DNA of 64,000 nt from Mytilus edulis (lineage: Eukaryota): the NCBI RefSeq assembly GCF_963676685.1, contig NC_092350.1:61442001-61506000 (forward strand). The letters run 5' to 3'. Shown one piece after another: positions 13,003 through 25,030 of this stretch. Position 1 is the stretch's first letter, and every line of letters starts with the position of its first letter. The notes below the pieces were generated by a model. It was not told the DNA's origin. It was given only the letters and a program-made list of their open reading frames with translations, and did not search any database. A program made the position numbers and the translations under genes.

Positions 13003-13634
13003 AAAACCAGTTGTTGGCATGACGCGGGTTATGTTCTTCTCATATATCCTATGATGGTATGATACTAAACACTTAACGGGAGGGATTGTGCCTGATATTC
13101 ATATGATGAAGACATAATCGTTCAATCAGTTTAATTGAGGTCTGGAGCTGGCATGTCAGTTAACTGCTAGTAGTCTGTGGTTATTTATGTATTATTGTCA
13201 TTTTGTTTATTTTCTTTTGTTACATCTTCTGACATCGGACTCGGACTTCTCTTGAACTGAATTTTAATGTGCGTATTGTTATGCGTTTACTTTTGTACAT
13301 TGGGTAGAGCTATATATAGGGGGAGGGTTGAGATCTCATAAACATGTGTAACCCCACCGCATTCTTGCGCCTGTCCCAAGTCAGGACCCTCTGGCCTTTG
13401 TTAGTCTTGTATTATTTTTAATTTTAGTTTCTTATGTATAATTTGGAGTGTAATATGACGTCCATTATCACTGAACTAGTATATATATTTGTTTAAGAGG
13501 CCAGCTGAAGGACGCCTCCGGAAGCGGGAATTTTTGCTGCATTGAAGACCTATTGGTGACATTCGGCTGTTGGATATTCTATGGTTGGGTTGTTGTCTCT
13601 TTGACACATTGCCCATTTTCATTCTCAATTTTAT
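13003..13634 (+). repeat. SINE-like family B, near full-length copy
   Basis: Contains the shared core AACCCCACCGCATTCTTGCGCCTGTCCCAAGTCAGGA; reverse copy at 56010-56395. Confidence 0.75.
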
Positions 13635-13659
13635 TGGAACACCTGACTGTTTCTTTTCA

Positions 13660-13939
13660 ATAAAGTTTTCATTGTAAATTTTAGAAATTATTTAGATAAA
13701 ACAGTGCCCAGTAGTCAGCACTTCTGTGTTGATTTGAGTTATCATTGATTTGTTCATAATTATAAATTAACTGTTAACAAGACTTTGAATTTTTGAAATA
13801 CTAAGGCTTCTCTACTTCAGGAATAGATTACCTTAGATGTATTTGGCAAAACTTTTAGGAATTTTCGGTCCTCAATGCCCTTCAAATTCGTACTTTATTT
13901 GGCCTTTTAACATTTTTTTATTCGAGCGTCACTAATGAG
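13660..13939 (+). mobile_element. Retrozyme-like repeat relic, truncated inside the hammerhead core
   Basis: Homologous to 32513-32593(-); ends TTCGAGCGTCACTAATGAG (mutated CUGAUGA box) and then breaks off. Confidence 0.7.
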
Positions 13940-14037
13940 AAGCACATACAACTGAAAGATATTGTGTTATACAAGTTATTATATTTTTCTCAACAAAAAT
14001 TTAACAAGTAATTTTTCGTATTGTCGTTGCAAATATA

Positions 14038-14352
14038 AAAAATAAGATGTGGTATGATTGCCAATGAGACAACTATCCACAAAAGAACAAAATGACACAG
14101 ACATTGACAACTATAGGTCGCCGTACGGCCTTCAACAATGAGCAAAGCCCATACCGCATAGTCAGCTATAATAGGCCCCGATAAGACAATATAAAACAAT
14201 TCAAACGAGAAAACTAACGGCCTCATTTATGTAAAAAAATGAATGAAAATCAAATATGTAACACATAAACAAACGACAACCACTGAATTACAGGCTCCTG
14301 ACTTGGGGCAGGCACATACATAAATAATGTGGCGGGGTTAAACATGTTAGCA
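14038..14352 (-). repeat. SINE-like family A copy
   Basis: Close match to 53908-54262. Confidence 0.85.
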
Positions 14353-15516
14353 AGCTTATTTTTATACTCCTTTTTTCAGAAGCATCCAAACGATTACTCC
14401 TTCAGGGACTAAATTAACAATTCTTTCGTCTGTATCTCGTTTTTCTCATGTTACATAATTCTGTTTACAATTTCTTAACATCTATAATGTCTATAATGCA
14501 AGTTTGTTCTGGTATAGTTTTCATGAAAATTAGAAAGAATGCAAAAAATACATGAACATTGTCATGCATGTGTTATTAATCCTTTTGTGATAGTCCATAT
14601 ATTTAGAAAGAAAAATAATTTGAAAAAAAACTGCAATGAAAATTTAAAACGGAAAGTCCTTTGCCAAAGGCAAAATCAATAGCTCAAAAACATAAAACTA
14701 ACATGACTAATGGAACAAAAATGTCTTATTCCTTGATAATCGTCATAAAAGTTAAGAACTTCTAATAAGGAATCAATTTTTTTTTCGATTTATTTCTTCG
14801 TCTAACTTGCCTTATTATGATTGCTGTCTTGTTTCTCTACATCCGCTAATGTTTTCAAGATTTTAAGCGAAAACTAGCAAAAACATGTCCTTAACAAACA
14901 ATCGAAAAAAGGGAAAAACATAGGGGTAATCTTTTTCCAAGGGGATTATTTCTATTATTTTGACTGATGGTTTCAGTCATTTTTTTATTTTCTCATAGAT
15001 CTAATTATGCTATCTATAATCGCTCTGTCTACTTAGTTTCTGTATCCACTTTTTTGTTTTTTGTTCAAATATTATATAATCTTTCTTGACGATAAACATT
15101 TCTCCTGTCACTAATTAGTGAAACCGGACTTGCTTGTAGATCTTGTTTTACTGATCAATTTTTCTACTCATATTACCTTCGCTACTAGTTTTCAAGATAA
15201 TAAACAAAACAAACTTTAAATGTTAATGTTTTTAACTTGCTCATCATTTTCAACCTGTTACTTAACTGGGTAAGGTTTTTACATAAAAGGAAAACATTAC
15301 GGTGGTTTTCTCCGGCAAAGCTTCTGTGTTTTTTTTTTTTTTTTTGGTATCCTGAAATAATGATATAAATAGAAAATTGAATTACAAAAGCAAATTCGAA
15401 TGAAAATTATAAATGTTCAAAATGATAACGTTTGTCTTAAAAATGTTAAATACACCAATATCGAAACTGACAAGTCTGTAGATAACATGCCGACGTCGAT
15501 CCGTAACTAAATCAGT

Positions 15517-16464
15517 TAGCATATTAATCTATTGTAATTAAATTCATAGTATCTAATAAAATTTGTAGATTTAGCTAACAAGGTCCTTATATTTATATAT
15601 GGTAACATTTGTGTATAGTGGAAAGTTATTTTAACGTTAAATAAGCTAAAATTAAACATTTCCCAATCTTTTTCTTTTCATTAAAATAAGACTAGTGCGG
15701 GTGGGGTACGACCCAATCAATCTATCACGAAGGGAAGATAAATAATGTAAATTTCAATCATAGTTTTTTTCAAAAATGATGAACGGTTCTTTATATTGGT
15801 ATGTAATCTTTTTAAACGTTTCAAATTTATGAAATTATATTCGTACATCAATGTTTTTGATACACCAATAACAAAAACTGAAATATATTGAATTGATACA
15901 TTTTGTAACTATTCAAATTTATATCAGAAACCTAAACTTAATTATAAAATAATGAACATGTTAAAGGGAGACAATACTCGCATAACTTTTTCGAATTGGA
16001 ACATAATATAACGGAATGTCACTCTTGCATACAAATGGCACATCAATATAATTAATTAACTGTGCAATCGCGCTCCACCTTCAATGATGATTCTAAATTA
16101 TAAATATAACCAAAAGTTGTTAATCTATAGATAGTGAAGGCTAATGAAATCTAACCCATTGTTAAAATATTTCTTTGCATTTTTTTAAAACTTCCTCAGG
16201 AAAATGCTCGAGCCACTTGATTTTCATAGCTCATAAATAATGTTTTTACACAATATTTAAATAAAGTAGCTAAAGATTATTCGCTTCTCGAAGTGTAAGA
16301 CGCAATAAAAATCGTATGCTTGCACCATCTTACCCAAAAACAGATTTAATTAAGTTCTGAACATTTCGACATTTCTTCGTTAAAACCGGTTTTAAACAAA
16401 TCACAAGTACGTGTTAAGATCCGACTAAATACCCATATTCAGATATCGTCAGGTAAATTTGCTA
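15517..16464. mobile_element. 948-bp TIR insertion at the putative TSS of TRIM-like copy 2
   Basis: Absent from the paralogous site (26995-27020). Ends TAGCATATTAATCT / AGGTAAATTTGCTA are inverted at 11/14 positions; AATCAGT is duplicated on both sides. Confidence 0.8.
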
Positions 16465-16466
16465 AA

Positions 16467-16532
16467 TCAGTCACGTTAGGATGACATTCTCGATAAAGTA
16501 GACGGTAGGGGCTGGATATTTTAAAGTAAACG
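16467..16532 (+). other. Putative 5' non-coding exon 1 of TRIM-like copy 2 (intron 16533-17492)
   Basis: TCAGTC initiator-like start and G|GTAGG donor conserved in copies 3 and 4; AG acceptor 10 nt before the ATG. Confidence 0.6.
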
Positions 16533-17502
16533 GTAGGTTTTCAGGATTTATCTATTCATTCCAAAATTAATTCTTCTATTTTTTCGTTTTGTATTCTTTG
16601 GAAAATATGCATATGGTCAAAACTCGTAAAATTTATATAGCTCATCATTTTTACTTTTGTTCGTAAACTAGTTCGAAAACGTTAAATATATATTTGTCAA
16701 AATGATAACGTTCATTTCTAATACACCACTTTCGAATTTGTTTGGTATTAAGATAAGGATTATTTATCAGTTGATTAATTAGTTAACGTATTCATATATC
16801 CCTTTAAAACCTGTCTGGAATGATTTCATTTTAAGGTAATTTTAGGAATTTATATGATATTTCAAATATAATTTCTATGTGTTTTTCATCCTTTCTAGTA
16901 AAATTATCGACTTAATACGAGACATTTGCAAATTTATATAACTTTCGTGCTGGTCAGGGACATTATAATATACTTATTTTCATTTATGATTTTTGTCCCA
17001 TTTCTTGGGCAAGTTATTGTCTTCGTTCATAATGTATTCAAACCCCGTGAAGATTAACTCCATATTTAAGGGACGTCTGAAATTCTTCATATGTATTTCC
17101 ACTATATTTTTATTTTTAAATTAATTGACCGATGTTTTCACTCTAAAATACGTGACAATGGACACTACACAAGCTGAAATCTTTTAAATTCATTTTTATT
17201 TCGGGCGATTAAATAACTGTATACACGGAATGTGAAATGAGATAAATGAGAATTATTCCGATTTTGTAATATATATCTTCTATTGATTGGTTGATCATTT
17301 GTACTAGACGTCATTTTCAGGAATCAGGGCTATATTTTGAAACAAGCTTTTTATTGACGTATGAAAGCGGTGTGCATTGAGAGAAGTAACGCAATTCGAC
17401 AATGAAACTAAATTAAGCCTTTATTTTCTGTTGCGTTCGTGGTTGATGTTGTTACTGTTGTAAACTTTTAAATCAGCTATTGTTATTTGTAGTTTGTGTT
17501 TA

Positions 17503-19194
17503 ATGGCGACAGCTACTAAGACCTGTGGTGTTTGTGAACTACGTAACATCACTAAACCATCCATAGTCTGGTGTACAGAATGCTACAAGGGACTATGTAC
17601 AGAATGCAAGGATCGTCATAGCTTGTCTAAGGCATTGCAAAGCCATAGTGTTATACATATAGCCGAAAACCGGAAAATACCAGCTGATATTCTTCAAATT
17701 ACTCAGTACTGCATCAAACACGATAAAAAGTATCAAATGTATTGTCAGAAGCATGAATGTCCTTGCTGCAGCAAATGTATCGTGGAATGTCATAAAGATT
17801 GCCAAGATTTCGTCAAATTAGATGACGCCATTCACAATGTCAAAACCTCCAATGCCATGTGCGAGCTAGAAGAAACGTTAGTTGAAGTAGCAGGAAATCT
17901 ACAGAAAATTCGTCAGCATCAACAAAAAAATCTAACGACATTGAAAGAAAGTACAAAGAAAATAGAAAAAGAAATAAAGACAACGAAAATAAAGATAAAC
18001 AATCATCTTGACAAACTACAAGAGGATTTAATGAAAGAACTCTATGCGATAGAAGAAAAAGAAAACCCGAAAATTCTTCTGTTATTGTCATCACTAGAAC
18101 AGAAAGAAAAGGAAATAGCAGATTGTCAAAGAAACATTATGAACGTCAAGCAACATGCAACAGATCTTCAAGTGTTTCTTTCAATGAAAAAAATAGAGAA
18201 GGACGTCTATAGCAAAAATCAATTTCTTCAGTCGATTCAAGAAGACAAAAATTTCAAACAAATTTCTCTTTCATATAAGATCAGCAACTCTATCCAGAAT
18301 ATCATGTCTGACATCATAAGTTTTGGAGAAGTGAGTATTGAGGCTAAATCTTGTGATATTGTCTTAATGAGGAAAAAGGCCAAAGAAGCCCAAATGCTGG
18401 TACCGACCATTCAATCAAGATCCATTGAAAATATAAAGGTAGCGACACAAATGAGCATCAACACTCAAGTGGTGTCAACCTACGGTTGTAGCATGATATC
18501 GAATGATAGATTGGCATTTAACTCCTATTGGGAATTTAAGGTCATTATATTCAACATTAACGGATTAAAAGAATTTGAGGTGAAGATGCCTTGTCAAGCT
18601 TATGATATAGTGTACATCAGTGAGTACAATGAATTGGCTGTCACATCTGGTGCTTCAGCGAAAACATGCATTTATATTATAGATCTTGAGAGGAAACAAA
18701 TAAAGAAAACCATTCCACTAGATTCCAAAAATTATGGCATAGCACTGAAAAATAATCAATTGATTTATTCTGGTCACGACAAAGGTATACGAATGATTAA
18801 TCTGCGCGACAATTCGATAAGTGACATAGTCCGAGACGCAATGCCCAGTGACTGTTACACTGCAACAGTTAGGGACAAAATATATCATACAAACAGAGAA
18901 ACAAGCACTGTGACATGTTATAATCTACAAGGTAAAATACAATGGACATTCTTAAATGAAAGCGTTCTGAAGAATCCCCGAGGTATAGATGTGGATAATG
19001 ATGGCAATGTGTTCGTGGTGGGGTTCTCGTCAAACAATCTGGTAGTTATCTCCCCTGATGGACAACGACATAGAGAGGTCTTGACAACAGATGATGGTCT
19101 AAGTCATCCTGTCTCACTTCGTTATAGTGGATCAAAGAAACAGCTGCTTATCGCGAACTTCAATAACAAGGCTCATTTGTTTAATGTTATTTGA
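17503..19194 (+). CDS. RING-less TRIM-like protein: two B-boxes, coiled coil, NHL-type six-bladed propeller (563 aa)
   Basis: Intact ORF with CxxC..CxxC..CxxC..H and CxxH..C..H..C..C motifs, a heptad-rich middle and a C-terminal PRGIDVDNDGNVFVV NHL motif; the likely start is the ATG after the TTTGTAG acceptor. Confidence 0.92.
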   Translation: MATATKTCGVCELRNITKPSIVWCTECYKGLCTECKDRHSLSKALQSHSVIHIAENRKIPADILQITQYCIKHDKKYQMYCQKHECPCCSKCIVECHKDCQDFVKLDDAIHNVKTSNAMCELEETLVEVAGNLQKIRQHQQKNLTTLKESTKKIEKEIKTTKIKINNHLDKLQEDLMKELYAIEEKENPKILLLLSSLEQKEKEIADCQRNIMNVKQHATDLQVFLSMKKIEKDVYSKNQFLQSIQEDKNFKQISLSYKISNSIQNIMSDIISFGEVSIEAKSCDIVLMRKKAKEAQMLVPTIQSRSIENIKVATQMSINTQVVSTYGCSMISNDRLAFNSYWEFKVIIFNINGLKEFEVKMPCQAYDIVYISEYNELAVTSGASAKTCIYIIDLERKQIKKTIPLDSKNYGIALKNNQLIYSGHDKGIRMINLRDNSISDIVRDAMPSDCYTATVRDKIYHTNRETSTVTCYNLQGKIQWTFLNESVLKNPRGIDVDNDGNVFVVGFSSNNLVVISPDGQRHREVLTTDDGLSHPVSLRYSGSKKQLLIANFNNKAHLFNVI

Positions 19195-19762
19195 AAGTGT
19201 ATACAGTTTAAACTCTTTCTTTGTGTCATTCTGTTTGGTGTTTAGAATAACTGGATTTCTTGAACATATTATATTAATTTTTCAGTTGTTTAACATGTAG
19301 CATTTGTTTGAGAAAAATCATGCATTCGTAAACATTTAGATTTTAAGAGTTTACCATCAAATTTGTACTTTTAAGTCACAGCTTCAAGAGTTTTAAACGA
19401 AGTATTGCTCTCTAAGTATAACAATAATTCTTAGTTAAGCAAAACAAATTCATGTTAGTTCGTAGATGGAATTATGATTTACTGGTGGTTGATTATCCTT
19501 CTCGGTATCTGCTAATTTTTTACACGAATTTAAATAAAATGACATGTAAAAAATATTCATAATCTATTTAACATTACTACGTGTATTACTAAGCCCATAG
19601 TGTATTTCACTAAAAACTACATGTATGGTTTTAAAAAAAAGTATTGTGGAGTCAATTCAGTTTTGATTTTAATCAATTTGGTACGAAGATCTATGAACAG
19701 AAGCATTGCATAATTGTCCATCATGGTTTATTTATTTATTTGGTTAAACTTTTATTGTCAAA

Positions 19763-20192
19763 GGAAGCTACCGTTTGAGGAGGGAGGTGTGGATGAAATT
19801 TGAAAAAAAGGCAAGAAGGCTCTTGAGCCAACAAAGGCAGGAACAGCAATTTGGCATACCAAGCAGAATAACAATTTATGTAGACAATTTCAAGGATGAA
19901 CGAATGAAAATTGACGGTCACTAAAGAATGAAAAATAAAAATGGAGGACAATGATGTCACATGAGGGAGGATAGGAGGGGTCCTGATCCAAGGCTTAAAA
20001 ACACGAAATCCCGAGTTTAAATGATTTAAATCCAAACATCCCAAAATTCGAAAAAAGTATTCCCGGATTCCGAAATCCCGGGCTTAAAAACACCCGATCC
20101 CGGTCCGATCTCCCAATCCCCAATGATTACAACTACAGGACATCATTTTTAACTCTTGCCATTCCCCCCACTAAAATCAAATGGTAGCATCC
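19763..20192. mobile_element. Harbinger-like MITE with a nested repeat fragment (~19965-20120)
   Basis: Inverted ends GGAAGCTACCGTTTGA / TCAAATGGTAGCATCC with AAA/TAA flanks. Confidence 0.55.
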
Positions 20193-20861
20193 TAAGACTT
20201 TTGACTTTTTATACTTTATTTCATTTTATGTAAGACCTAGGCATTGGCAAGTAAAAAACGAAAACAGTTTTGATCCATTCTGTTTCCCACCTTTTAAAAC
20301 GTCCTGGTTTTCTTTTGTTACATCTATTTCACTCTGAAATTTACCTATTACTGGTACGTCTGTTTGAAGATTCATTTATTGAAAATGAGTAAAATTTAAA
20401 TGGATTAAAAGATTAAATGAATAACAATAGGTGTACAGCTGCTCTTAGCAATAATGTAAACATATTGATCATGATCTTTTAAAAGCTTGCATATTGCAAA
20501 TGATTTTAAAACGTAGCAATGAATCAGACTATGAGTAGGAGTTATATTTTCTTAGGTGGTCTGTACCCCCTTAAATGGCCGTTTAGTATCGTTCGACTGT
20601 TTTATATAGTATTTAAAGCCATATTAGACTGTTAGTGTCGTGCTGCTATTGAACATGTTCACCATAAGCCGATACCGAAACCGAAAGAGATACAGAGACC
20701 GAAACCACAAATAGAAGTAAGGTAAATGGTAAATGTTTATAATGATTAATTAACTCAACCCGTTTACTCTAATATATTGTTGAAAATTTGAATACACTAG
20801 ATGGAGTATTAATTCAATTCAACAATTACACGAGTCTATCATAAAAGCAAAGCACTTAAAT

Positions 20862-22732
20862 TTCTACATTTGAAAATGCCTGTACAAAGTCAGAAATATG
20901 ACAGTTCTTGTCCATTCGTTTTTGATGTGTATTGTTGTTTGATTTTGCCATGTGGTTATGGACTTTCCGATTGGATTTTCCTCAAAGTTCTTTTTAACAC
21001 TCTAATTGATTCTTTATTGCACATATTGCGTTTTAACAATTAAACTTGGTTTACAGCATTTCATCAAGTTTCCCTGTTGGATTACAACTGAATACTCAGG
21101 GATAATATTCAGTAAATTAACTAATAAATTACAATGGTTTAATTCACACATTAAACTATTATAATTATAGTTGTTACAAATAGTCTTTGCTACATCACTA
21201 AAAGTATTTTCATCCGGAATGACTTTTTGGGTTCTTTTATTATTTAATCAAAAAAAATTGCGGTCAAGTGACCTTACACGACTTTTCTGTCCCTCGTGTT
21301 TGGACAATATTTTTTGAAGTGTTTCGAGAATTTGGATTTATTAATTTCTATATGGTTTTAAAATCTTGGAATAATATTGCGTAAAGGTAAGTTGGAGTGT
21401 AAATATATTTTTCACAGTTGTTCACCTGCCCAAGTTTGTAAACAATACACACAGATGTAGTGTACACGTGTCGAAGTACCAATATTGACAAAGACACACA
21501 CACACACACCTTCGTATACTAATATATCTGATTTACCCATATTATCATTCATACCTTATAGTAATAATTACTGTACAAACAAACTTCTGCACTTACAGTC
21601 ATACTTGTTCAGTGCCTCATGATACATTTTACAAAAAAATGTCTTTCCATACCTTTCACACATACTCATACCTTAGGCATGGCACTTACAGATAGTTACT
21701 TGCATAGTACATTTATAATAAATGAGAAAAAAACACACATACAATTGCTCATAATCTAGATCAATAGCATGTGTTTTTTTTCTTTACATGTAGCTTAAGT
21801 TGACTATAAAATGACTTCATTATTATACTTCAAAATATTCAACGCCTTTGTAAATAAACAACTGATCTCTGTATTGGTCATACTATATAATTCTACAGTA
21901 TTTTCTACCTCATATTCAAAAAAATTTAAGGTGTCTACTGCTTTGGTTTTTTTATTGGAAACATAATGTATTTTATAGACTGAAAAGAACATTAAGCTAA
22001 GCAAATGATTTAGCGCATAGTATACATCGTCATGAATTTTGTGTCCTATAACCAACGAATGAAGACTTATTACATGTTCGCCTATGAAGACTTTTTTAAG
22101 TATACTTACATTGATTTCCAGAATGTTTTATGATATAAACATGTAATGAAAAAATGATTATAATTATCTATTTCATTGCAATATGAACACAAATTGTTTT
22201 GTGAAATTTTCCACTGAGAAAGCAACACCTCATTTGGCAAAATAAAGTGCATTAATTTCCACCTAAACATTTTTATTTTATTATCTTTAAGATATTCAAA
22301 ATTAAATTTAATAGAGTCTTTTTAAATTCATTTATTAGTCTCCCTTTGCTTAAAACTCTTTCCCATTTCAAAAATCCTACTGGTATTTCTGTTTTTGACA
22401 CACTTAATACTAAGTTGTATATGTTTTTAGCATTAATAGTAAGAACATCATTACAATCTCTAAGTTTAGTTTTTGTTCGGTTGATATGGACTTTGGTTTT
22501 GAGTGATTCTTCTGATTTTAATTTGTCTGTCCATTGCTTTGGTATAGATTTTTTTAGTTTTGAGAATTCGGAAATCCAATTCCTTTTATTTCTTAATTTT
22601 GAAGTAATCATTTCTTCTGATAAATTTCCTCTTTTATCTATTATGTCATTTATATATAACATGTTACTATTAATCAAGTCACCAAAGAACAGATTTTCCT
22701 CAAAGTTTAGTATTTTTCTGATTTTACTTTTT
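20862..22732 (-). repeat. SINE-like family C copy split by a LINE
   Basis: 20862-20989 and 22692-22732 join into the reverse complement of the family seen at 28276-28550. Confidence 0.8.
20990..22691 (-). mobile_element. 5'-truncated L1/Tx1-type LINE
   Basis: Frameshifted ORF2 C-terminus (22273-22677, then a CSYC...H....C zinc knuckle at ~22140-22195, then 21804-22055). Minus-strand AATAAA at ~21013-21018. 16-bp TSD GATTTTCCTCAAAGTT at 20974-20989 and 22692-22707. Confidence 0.85.
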
Positions 22733-25030
22733 AAGCAAGTAATGTACCATTAAGATTTGGATATCATTTTATTGATTATGTACATTAATCAGGCAGCAAG
22801 TTTCGTTAAAGGGAAATAACTGTTCATAGTTCTACAATATGTGCAATATCGTTCCAAGTATATATAAAGAAAACCTTCAATTTACATATGACCCAAAACA
22901 AATACTTATGAAGGCAAACATTTATATTTGAGTATAATTGTATGACTACATAGGGGATCCACATACCTTGAGTGTTTTCGGCAAAAATATTTTAAACAGT
23001 TCTGTTTACATTTTTTATGTTTTCTCTCTAAATTTCCTTTTCTTTTTCTGGAAAACCTTTGATTGTCCCTCTGAATGTGTTAGGTACCTCATTAATCATT
23101 CTCAATTATTTAGCAAATCATTTCATAGCTTCAATTGTTATTAAGAAAAAGCAAACTGACTTTAACACATTTGTGATGAACATACTATATACAGTAGCCT
23201 TTTATATTTTTCAAAGAATGGCTAGTTATCTATTTGTTCTTGGTGTTAGTAATACTTTTATTTATTTTATCAAGCTATCCATAAAATTTGCCCGATTCTT
23301 CGTCAAGTTTTCAGATTAATGTTAACTTGGCCTTCAGCTGAAGAATGGGAATCTAAGAAGGATGATCGGACAGAATTGGAAGAAACAGTTGGATATATAG
23401 AAGGCACCTCCCATACTAGAATAAAGAGTTTAACCGAAAACAAGGCATTGTTTTATAGTGAACATCATATATATACTATATTCATATGCAAGTCATAAGA
23501 GACAGATTAAATCAAATAAGATACATCAAATATGGTTTCCTAGGTCATAACAATGACACAATGACTTACAGATTGATGGTTGCGATCGATCCACACGATA
23601 TTTCACCGTTTCCTCGTGACGGTTACTTACTTGGCGATACCATATATCATCATATTGCAACACTATATACTGTCAGACAGCTATGTTAGCGAAATTTAAT
23701 AACACACTATCAACGCATATTTGTCAATGAAAAGATTCGTGCAGAAAAGTTTATGAAGATCATTCAATAAGACGAAATAACATTTATAAAGTACTAGGTT
23801 CTCTTTATAGACAAATCGGAACGGTATTGCACATGTTGTAGAACTATGGGCAACTAATACCCTTCGACGAAACCTGCTTAATGTATATCATAAATAAATT
23901 ATATATACATCTTAAATTGATTATTACTTGTATTGGTATATTGAAATAATGGTTTAATTATTAAACTTTGCTTGTTTTAAAGATTCATGTGTATTATTGA
24001 ATTGTAGTAATAATCCGTATTGTGTATTCAAATTTCAAGCAATATAATGAGTAAAAAGTAAAAAGGTTGAATTAATTATCATTTTAAACATGTTTCATTC
24101 ACCTCACTTCTTATTTTGGTTTCGGTGTCGGTTTCGGTTTTGGTTTCGATATCAGCTGATGGTGAACATGTCTTTTAGCAGCATCACGAAACCCACCAAC
24201 ACTGGGTTGATCTAAGGTACGCTAGGAGAATAAGCAGGTTCTGCTCCACATGCGGCACCCGTCGTCTTGTTTATGTTAGCAAAAAACACAATTCAAGCTA
24301 TTGTAAACCGTATCTGGATGCACGTGTTGTTTGAATGTAACTACATAGAAATGAAAAGTCAACAACTAGGAAGTTGAATTCATCTCACTTGTCATCATTT
24401 TTAACTGAACCTTAAGCTTATTGTCAATTTCTAGATGTAAAGTAAAATAAAAGTCAGACTCAATTGTATCTGATGTATTCGATATCAAAAAATGGATAGA
24501 GTTATATATCTAGGTGAAAGACTAATAACAACAAAAAGTAATTTTGCCCTTATTTAACAATTAATTGTTAATGCAATATGCGGGCAAAATGATCAGGAAG
24601 TCACAAGTTTTTATGGGAATTTGTTTAAATTGCGACATAAATAAATACGTTTTCTATCAATTGTTACTTCCAATATTATTTTAAAGATCATATATGTCAT
24701 AGAAACCCAGTTTTGATATACAATGACTTTTCATAGTTTCTAAAACTGACAGCAAACACATATTCAGAAAGGTGTCACTTAACATAATTTAATGGACAGA
24801 CCGTGCTGTAACTATCTGACGACAGTCTTCAGACAATTAGCTTCAAAATGTCGGCTTCTTTTTTAGGTATGTATGAAAGCGTATATTGTTTTGTGATGTG
24901 GCTATCAAGGCATAATGACTACTTACAAAAGTATTAGCTTCCATCAAAACATTGTTGTAATTGGACATGTTATGGCTTTTCTTTTTAAAACAAATCCATT
25001 TTATAGATAAGTAGTAGCTATTCTCTAATG

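Larger units (their letters stand above)
20638..24189. mobile_element. Foldback-type element with ~370-390 bp inverted arms; the left arm is interrupted
   Basis: 20638-20860 plus 22735-22876 match the reverse complement of 23796-24189. Confidence 0.8.

Noticed and set aside
13100-13150. ATGATGA...GTCTGGA resembling a C/D box or SECIS
   Set aside because: Box D and the SECIS quartet are imperfect, and the motif lies within a multicopy repeat
22921-23320. Weak LINE ORF2-like wording on the minus strand (KATVYS...IEAMK)
   Set aside because: Many stops, outside the TSD-bounded LINE, and too weak to call without a profile search
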